Shown here piece by piece: positions 55,770-64,000 of a stretch of 64,000 bases of DNA. Origin of the DNA: Eledone cirrhosa. Lineage: Eukaryota. Location: contig OZ024744.1 of NCBI GenBank assembly GCA_964016885.1, forward strand, positions 10,292,001-10,356,000, given 5' to 3'. The notes below the pieces were generated by a model. The model was not told the origin of the DNA. It made no database searches and worked only from the letters and a program-made list of their open reading frames with translations. A program made the translations under genes and the position numbers. Within the stretch, counting starts at the first letter, position 1, and each line of letters begins with the position of its first letter.

Positions 55770-58700
55770 GTTGTGTTATATTACTCCAATATGTTGTGTT
55801 GTTGTACTCCAATATGTTGTGTTGTTGTACTCCAATATGTTGTGTTGTTGTAATCCAATATCTTGTGTTGTTATACTCCAATATGTTGTGTTGTTGTACT
55901 CCAATATGTTGTGTTGTTGTTCTCCAATATGTTGTGTTGTTATACTCCAATATGTTGTGTTGTGATATTCCAATATGTTGTGCTGTTGTACTCCAATATT
56001 TTGAGTTGTTATACTCCAATATTTAGTGTTGTTATACGCCAATATGTTGTGTTGTTGTACTCCAATCTGTTGTGTTATACTCCAATATGTTGTGTTGTTA
56101 TACTCCAATATGTTGTGTTGTTATACTCCAATATGTTGTGTTGTTTTACTCCAATATGTTGTGCTGTTGAACTCCAATATGTTGTATTGTTAATCTCCAA
56201 TATGTCATGTTATACTCCAATAAGTTGTGTTCTTTTACTCCAATATGGTTTGTTGTTGTACTCCAATATGTTGTGTTGTCGTACTCCAATATGTCATGTT
56301 ATACTCCAATATGTCGTTGTTATACTCCAATATGTCATGTTGTTGTACTACAATATGTCGTGTTGTTGTACTCCAATATGTTTTGATGCTGTACTCCAAT
56401 ATGTTGTGTTGTTGTACTCCAATATGTTGTGTTGTTATACTCCAATATGTTGTGCTGTTGTACTCCAATATGTCATGTTGTTGTCCTCCGATATTTCGTG
56501 TTATTGTACTCCAATATTTCGTGTTGTTGTACTCCAATATGTTGTGTTTTTGTACTCCAATATGTTTTGATGTTGTACTCCAATATGTTGTGTTGTTGTA
56601 CTCCAATATGTTGTGTTGTTATACTCCAATATGCTGTGTTGTTATACTCCTATATGTTGTGCTGTTGTACTCCAATATGTTGTTTTGTTATACTCCAATA
56701 TGTTGTGTTGTTGTACTCCAATATGTTGTGTTGTTGTACTCCAATATGTGATGTTGTTGTACTCCAATATGTCGTGATGTTGTACTCCAATATGTTGTGT
56801 TGTTATACTCCAATATTTCGTGTTGTTTTACTCCAATATGTCATGTTGTTGTACTCCAATATTTCGTGTTGCTGTATTCCAATATGTCATGGTGTTGTAC
56901 TTCAATATGTCGTATTGTTGTACTCCAATATGTTGTGTTGTTGTTCTCCAATATGTCGTGTTGTTATACTCCAATATGTTATGATGTTGGACTCCAATAT
57001 ATTGTGTTGTTGTACTCCAATATGTTGTGTTTTTGTAATCCAATATGTAATGTTGTTATACTCCAATATGTCTTGTTATAGTCCAATATGTCGTGTTGTT
57101 GTACTCCAATATGTCATGTTGTTGTACTCCAATATTTCGTGTTGTTGTACCGCAATATGTCGTGATGATTATACTCCAATTTTTGTTGCTGTTGTACTCC
57201 AATATGTTGTGTTGTTGTACTCCAATATGTTGTGTTGTTATTCTCCAATATGTTGTGCTGTTGTACTCCAATGTGTTATGTTGTTATACTCCAATATGTT
57301 GTGCTGTGATACTCCAATATGTTGTGTTGTTGTACTCCAATCTGTTGTGTTGTTATACTCCAATATGTTGTGTTGTTATACTCCAATATGTTGTGTTGTT
57401 TTACTCCAATATGTTTTGTTGTTGTACTCCAATATGTTGTGTTGTTGTACTCCAATATGTTGTGTTGTAATCCAATATCTTGTGTTGTTATACTCCAATA
57501 TGTTGTGTTGTTGTACTCCAATATGTTGTGTTGTTGTTCTCCAATATGTCGTGTTGTTATACTCCAATATGTTGTGTTATGATACTCCAATATGTTGTGC
57601 TGTTGTACTCCAATATGTTGTGTTGTTATACTCCAATATGTAGTTTTGTTATACTCCAATATGTTTTGTTGTTGTACTCCAATCTGTTGTGTTGTTATAC
57701 TCCAATATGTTGTGTTGTTATACTCCAATATGTTGTGTTGTTTTACTCCAATATGTTGTGTTGTTGTACTCCAATATGTTGTGTTGTTGTACTCCAATAT
57801 ATCATGTTGTCGTACTCCAATATGTCATGTTATACTCCAATATGTCGTTGTTATACTCCAATATGTCATGATGTTGTACTCCAATATGTCGTGTTCTTGT
57901 GCTCCAATATGTCGTGTTGTCGTACTCCAATATGTTGTGTTGTTGTACTCCAATATGTTGTGTTGTTGTACTCCAATATGTTGTGTTGTTATACTCCAAT
58001 ATGTTGTGCTGTTGTACTCCAATATTTCGTGTTGTTGTACTCCAATACATCGTGTTGTACTCCAATATGTTGTGTTGTTGTTGTACTCCAATATGTTTTG
58101 ATGTTGTACTCCAATATGTTGTGTTGTTGTACTCCAATATGTTGTGTAGTCATACTCCAATACGTTGTGTTGTTGTACTCCAATATGATGTGATGTTGTA
58201 CTCCAATATGATGTGCTGTTGTACTCCAATGCGTTGTGTTGTTGTACTCCAATGTGTTGTGTTGTTATACTCCAATATTTTGTGCTGTTGTACTCCAAAT
58301 CTCGTGTTGTTATACTCCAATGTGTTGTGTTGTTATACTCCAATATGGTGTGTTGTTGTACTCCAATATGTTGTATTATTTTTCTCCAATATGCCATGTT
58401 ATACTCCAATATGTTGTGTTCGTGTACTCCAATATGTTGTGTTATTGTACTCCAATATGTTGCGTTGTTGTACTCCAATATGTTGTGTTGTTATACTCCA
58501 ATATGTTGTGTTGTTGTACTCCTATATGTTGTCTTGTTGTACTCCAAAAGGTCATATTATTGTACTCCAATATGTATTGTTATACTCCAATATGTCGTGT
58601 GTCTGTACTCCAATATGTCATTTTGTTGTACTCCAATATGTCTTGTTATAGTCCAATATGTCGTGTTGTTGTACTCCAATATGTCATGTAGTTGTACTCC

Positions 58701-61700
58701 AATATTTCGTGTTGTTGTACCCCAATATGTCGTGTTGTTTATACTCCAATATGTTTTGCTGTTGTACTCCAATATGTTGTGTTGCTGTACTCCAATATGT
58801 TGTGTTGTTGTACTCCAATATGTTGTGTTGTTGTAATCCAATATCTTGTGTTGTTATACTCCAATATGTTGTGTTGTTATACTCCAATATGTTGTGTTGT
58901 GATACTCCAATATGTTGTGCTGTTGTACTCCAATATGTTGAGTTGTTATACTCCAATATGTAGTGTTGTTATACTCCAATATGTTGTGTTGTTGTACTCC
59001 AATCTGTTGTGTTATACTCCAATATGTTGTGTTGTTATACTCCAATATGTTGTGTTGTTGTACTCCAATATGTTGTGTTGTTGTACTCCAATATGTTGTG
59101 TTGTTATTCTCCAATATGTTGTGCTGTTGTACTCCAATGTGTTATGTTGTTATACTCCAATATGTTGTGCTGTGATACTCCAATATGTTGTGTTGTTGTA
59201 CTCCAATCTGTTGTGTTGTTATACTCCAATATGTTGTGTTGTTATACTCCAATATGTTATGTTGTTTTACTCCAATAAGTTGTGTTGTTGTACTCCAATA
59301 TGTTGTGTTGTTGTACTCCAATATGTTGTGTTGTTGTAATCCAATATGTTGTGTTGTTATACTCCAATATGCTGTGTTGTTGTTCTCCAATATGTCGTGT
59401 TGTTATACTCCAATATGTTGTGTTATGATACTCCAATATGTTGTGCTGTTGTACTCCAATATGTTGTGTTGTTATACTCCAATATGTAGTGTTGTTATAC
59501 TCCAATATGTTGTGTTGTTGTACTCCAATCTGTTGTGTTGTTATACTCCAATATGTTGTGTTGTTATACTCCAATATGTAGTGATGTTATACTCCAATAT
59601 GTTGTGTTGTTGTACTCCAATCTGTTGTGTTGTTATACTCCAATATGTTGTGTTGTTATACTCCAATATGTTGTGTTGTTTTACTCCAATATGTTGTGTT
59701 GCTGTACTCCAATATGTTGTGTTGTTGTACTCCAATATGTTGTGCTGCTATACTCCAATATATTGTGTTATACTCCAATATGTTGTGTTGTTGTACTCCA
59801 ATATGTTGTGTTGTTGTAATCCAAAATGTTGTGTTGTTATACTCCAATATGTTGTGTTGTAATACTCCAATATGTTGTGCTCCAATATGTTGTGTTATAC
59901 TCCAATGTGTTGTGTTCTTGTACTCCAATATGAAGTGTTGTAATACTCCAATATGTAGTGCTGTTGTTATACTCCAATATGTTGTGTTATAATCCAATGT
60001 GTTGTGTTGTTGTACTCCAATCTGTTGTGTTGTTATACTCCAATCTGTTGTGTTGTTATACTGCAATATGTTGTGTTGTTATACTCCAATATGTTGTGTT
60101 GTTATACTCCAAGATGTTGTGCTGTGATACTCTAATATGTTGTGTTTTTGTACTCCAATATGTTGTGTTGTTGTACTCCAATATGTTGTGTTGTTGTAAT
60201 CCAATATCTTGTGCTGTTATACTCCAATATGTTGTGTTGTTGTACTCCAATATGTTGTGTTGTTATACTCCAATATGTTGTGTTGTGATACTCCAAAGTG
60301 TTGTGCTGTGGTACTCCAATCTGTTGTGTTGTTATACTCCAATATGTTGTGTTGTTATACTCCAATATGGTGTGTTGTTTTACTCCAATATGTTGTGTTG
60401 TTGTAATCCAATATGTTTGTGTTGTTTTACTCCAATATGTTGTGTTGTTATACTCAAATATGTTGTGTTGTTGTACTCCAATATGGTGTGTTGTTGTACT
60501 CCAATATGTTGTGTTGTTGTACTCCAATATGTTGTGTTGTTATACTCCAAATCTCGTGTTGTTATACTCCAATGTGTTGTGTTGTTATACTCCAATATGT
60601 TGTGTTGTTGTACTCCAATATGTTGTGTTGTTGTACTCCAATATGTTGTGTTGTTGTACTCCAATATGTTGTGTTGTTGTACTCCAATATGTGATGTTGT
60701 TGTACTCCAATATGTCGTGATGTTGTACTCCAATATGTTGTGTTGTTATACTCCAATATTTCGTGTTGTTTTACTCCAATATGTCATGGTGTTGTACTCC
60801 AATATTTCGTGTGGCTGTATTCCAATATGTCATGGTGTTGTACTTCAATATGTCGTATTGTTGTACTCCAATATGTTGTGTTGTTGTTCTCCAATATGTC
60901 GTGTTGTTATACTCCAATATGTTATGATGTTGGACTCCAATATATTGTGTTGTTGTACTCCAATATGTTGTGTTTTTGTAATCCAATATGTAATGTTGTT
61001 GTACTCCAATATGTCTTGTTATAGTCCAATATGTCGTGTTGTTGTACTCCAATATGTCATGTTGTTGTACTCCAATATTTCGTGTTGTTGTACCCCAATA
61101 TGTCGTGTTGATTATACTCCAATTTTTGTTGCTGTTGTACTCCAATATGTTGTGTTGTTGTACTCCAATCTGTTGTGTCGTTATTCTCCAATATGTTGTG
61201 CTGTTGTACTCCAATGTGTTATGTTGTTATACTCCAATATGTTGTGCTGTGATATTCCAATATGTTGTGTTGTTGTACTCCAATCTGTTGTGTTGTTATA
61301 CTCCAATATGTTGTGTTGTTATACTCCAATATGTTGTGTTGTTTTACTCCAATATGTTGTGTTGTTGTACTCCAATATGTTGTGTTGTTGTAATCCAATA
61401 TCTTGTGTTGTTATACTCCAATATGTTGTGTTGTTGTACTCCAATATGTTGTGTTGTTGTTCTCCAATATGTCGTGTTGTTATACTCCAATATGTTGTGT
61501 TATGATACTCCAATATGTTGTGCTGTTGTACTCCAATATTTTGTGTTGTTATACTCCAATATGTAGTGTTGTTATACTCCAATATGTTGTGTTGTTGTAC
61601 TCCAATCTGTTGTGTTGTTATACTCCAATATGTTGTGTTGTTATACTCCAATATGTTGTGTTGTTTTACTCCAATATGTTGTGTTGTTGTACTCCAATAT

Positions 61701-63625
61701 GTTGTATTGTTGTACTCCAATATGTTGTGTTGTTCTACTCCAATATATCATGTTGTCGTACTCCAATATATCATGTTATACTCCAATGTGTCGTTGTTAT
61801 ACTCCAATATGTCATGATGTTGTACTCCAATATGTCGTGTTCTTGTACTCCAATATGTCGTGTTGTCGTACTCCAATATATTGTGTTGTTGTACTCCAAT
61901 ATGTTGTGTTGTTGTACTCCAATATGTTGTGTTGTTATACTCCAATATGTTGTGTTGTTATACTCCCAAAAGTTGTGTTGTTTTACTCCAATATGTTGTG
62001 TTGTTATACTCCAGTATGTTGTGTTGAGGTACTCCAATATGTTGTGATGTTGTACTCAAAAATGTTGTGTTGTTGTACTCCAATATGTTGTGTTGTTGTA
62101 CTCCAATACGTTGTGTTGTTGTACTCCAATATTTTGTGCTGTTATACTCCAATATGTTGTGTTGTTATACTCCAAAAAGTTGTGTTGTTTTACTCCAATA
62201 TGTTGTGTTGTTATACTCCAGTATGTTGTGTTGTTGTACTCCAATATGTTGTGTTGTTGTACTCCAATATGTCATGTTATACTCCAATATGTCATGTTGT
62301 TTTACTCCAATATGTTGTGTTGTTGCACTCCAATATGTCGTGTTGTTGTACTCCAATATGTTGTGTTTTGTACTCCAATATGTTGTGTTATTGTACTCCA
62401 ATATGTTGTGTTGTTATACTCCAATACGCTGTGCTGTTGTACTCCAATATGTTATGTTATACTCCAATATGTTGTGTTGTTGTACTCCAATATATCATGT
62501 TGTCGTACTCCAATATGTCATGTTATACTCCAATATGTCGTTGTTATACTCCAATATGTCGTGTTGCTGTACTCCAATATGCCGCGCTGTTGTACTCCAA
62601 TATGTTTTGATGTTGTACTCCAATATGTTGTGTTGTTGTACTCCAATATGTTGTGTTGTTGTACTCCAATATGTTGTGTTGTTATACTCCAATATGTTGT
62701 GCTGTTGTACTCCAATATGTCAGGTTGTTGTACTCCGATATTTCGTGTTGTTCTACTCCAATATTTCGTGTTGTTTTACTCCAATACGTCGTGGTGTTGT
62801 ACTCCAATATGTTTTGATGTTGTACTCCAATATGTCGTGTTGTTGTACTCCAATATGTTGTGTTGTTGAACTCCAATATGCTGTGTTGTTATACTCCTAA
62901 ATGTTGTGTTGTTGTACTCCAATATGTTGTGTTGTACTCCAATATGTTGTGTTGTTACACTCCACAATGTTGTGTTGTTGTACTCCAAAATGTGATGTTG
63001 TTGTACTCCAATATGTCGTATTGTTGTACTCCAATATGTTGTGTTGTTATACTCCAATATTTCGTGTTATTTTACTCCAATATGTCATGTTGTTGTACTC
63101 CAATATTTCGTGTTGTTGTACTCCAATATGTCATGGTGTTGTACTTCAATATGTCGTATTGTTGTACTCCAGTATGTTGTGTTGTTGTTCTCCAATATGT
63201 CGTGTTGTTATACTCCAATATGTTATGATGTTGTACTCCAATATATTGTGTTGTTGTACTCCAATATGTTGTGTTGTTATACTCCAATATGTTGTGTTAT
63301 TTTACTCCAATATGTTGTGTTGTTGTACTCCAATATGTTGTGTTGTTGTACTCCAATATGTTGTGTTGTTGTAATCCAATATCTTGTGTTGTTGTACTCC
63401 AATATGTTGTGTTGTTGTTCTCCAATATGTTGTGTTGTTATACTCCAATATGTTGTGTTGTGATACTCCAATATGTTGTGCTGTTGTACTCCAATATGTG
63501 TTGTTGTTGTACTCCAATATGTTGCGTTGTTGTACTCCAATATATCATGTTGTCGTACTCCAATATGTCATGTTATACTCCAATATGTTTTGATGCTGTA
63601 CTCCAATATGTTGTGTTGTTGTACT
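55761..63625 (+). repeat. Domain 2, ~8.1 kb HOR/tandem duplication, copy B
   Basis: Starts with CTCCAATATGTTGTGTTATATTACTCC, as at 47671. It shares rare variants with copy A (GTCCTCCG, CCAAAAGGTCAT, GTTGAGGTAC, GCCGCGCTG). The match to copy A ends at 63626. Confidence 0.9.
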
Positions 63626-64000
63626 ACAATATGTTGTGTTGTTGAACTCCAATATGTTGTTTTTTGTACTCCAATATGTCATGTTGTTGTACTCCAGTAT
63701 GTCTTGTTATACTCCAATATGTCGTGTTGCTGTACTCCAATATGTCATGATGTTGTACTCCAATATGTTTTGCTGTTGTACTCCAATATGTTTTGCTGTT
63801 GTACTCCAATATGTTGTGTTGCTGTACTCCAATATGTTGTGTTGTTGTACTCCAATATGTTGTGTTGTTGTAATCCAATATCTTGTGTTGTTATACTCCA
63901 ATATGTTGTGTTGTTATACTCCAATATGTTGTGTTGTGATACTCCAATGTGTTATGTTGTTATACTCCAATATGTTGTGCTGTGATACTCCAATATGTTG
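63626..64000 (+). repeat. Array continues with a variant series resembling domain 1 positions ~2415-2715, then switches register
   Basis: CTACAAT, GTTGTTTTTTGT, CCAGTATGTCTTG and GTTTTGCTG occur in the same order as at 2418-2570. The GTTTTGCTG monomer is doubled here (~63767, ~63790). Confidence 0.7.

Larger units (their letters stand above)
1..64000 (+). repeat. Tandem satellite array, 23-bp monomer ACTCCAATATGTTGTGTTGTTGT, single orientation, extends beyond both window edges
   Basis: ACTCCAATAT recurs every ~23 bp on every line (e.g. 10, 33, 56, 79). Common variants are TTATAC or TTTTAC for TTGTAC, TCG or TCA for TTG, and 20-bp monomers lacking one GTT. No non-repeat sequence or reverse-complement monomer was seen. 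Confidence 0.99.

Noticed and set aside
291-63901. Minus-strand Thr/Asn/Gln-rich ORFs (TYWSTTTQHIGVQQHNILEYNNT) resembling mucin or adhesin repeats
   Set aside because: Same artefact. The common TTATAC variant creates TAA stops on this strand, and there is no signal peptide, unique domain or flanking gene structure.
1-64000. Plus-strand Cys/Val/Leu-rich ORFs up to 575 aa (LLYSNMLCCCTPICCVVVLQYVV repeats), superficially like metallothionein or keratin-associated proteins
   Set aside because: The consensus has no stop codon and 23 is not divisible by 3, so all three frames give the same 23-aa peptide per three monomers. ORFs overlap in all frames, end at random variant monomers, and indels do not preserve frame.
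1-64000. CRISPR-like array (constant ACTCCAATAT plus variable tail)
   Set aside because: The variable parts are ~13-bp point variants of one sequence, not unique 25-45 bp spacers. There is no leader and no cas gene.
1-64000. Telomerase-made repeat (Candida albicans has a 23-bp TG-rich telomeric unit with a TGT/AC junction)
   Set aside because: There is no real sequence match beyond TGTAC and no GG-rich core. Kilobase-scale inherited variant order over more than 64 kb indicates recombination-based amplification rather than copying from a short RNA template. A subtelomeric location is not excluded.
1-64000. CCAAT boxes and TATA-like TTATA as promoters
   Set aside because: These short motifs are intrinsic to the monomer, and there is no downstream gene or other promoter evidence.
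1-64000. Nucleosome-phasing period (8 x 23 = 184 bp), G-quadruplex or hairpin structure
   Set aside because: No 7-8-monomer periodicity of variants was seen. There are no G runs, and only 4-6 bp palindromes (GTAC, occasional AATATT).
1-64000. Sequencing artefact or synthetic concatemer
   Set aside because: Specific variants are reproduced exactly across multi-kb units with hierarchical shared and private differences, which fits an evolved array. Copy number and individual junctions could still be misassembled.

Overview
The whole 64 kb is one uninterrupted, head-to-tail tandem satellite array. The consensus monomer is 23 bp, ACTCCAATATGTTGTGTTGTTGT (8/23 GC, T/G-rich on +), with roughly 2,800 copies, and the array runs off both ends of the window. 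I found no credible gene, RNA gene, transposon or CRISPR array. The hundreds of ORFs are translation artefacts of a stop-free monomer whose length is not a multiple of 3. The real information is in the order of monomer variants. Domain 1 (1 to ~45,500) is a near-identical higher-order repeat (HOR) with unit lengths of 4764/4784, 4649 and 3366 bp, arranged as a three-unit super-repeat of ~12.3-12.8 kb. A mosaic transition zone follows (~45,500-47,670). Domain 2 is more heterogeneous and consists of two ~8.1 kb copies, each with an older ~4 kb sub-periodicity. Notable details are an exactly compensating +388/-388 bp rearrangement in one unit, a templated insertion at the 8.1 kb duplication junction, apparent monomer-scale conversion patches, and a TCG/TTG/TCA variant triad consistent with methyl-CpG decay. 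The organism and any function (centromeric, pericentromeric, subtelomeric) cannot be determined from the sequence alone. Periods were derived from the coordinates of recurring marker ORFs and rare variant monomers, and were spot-checked by eye rather than by alignment.
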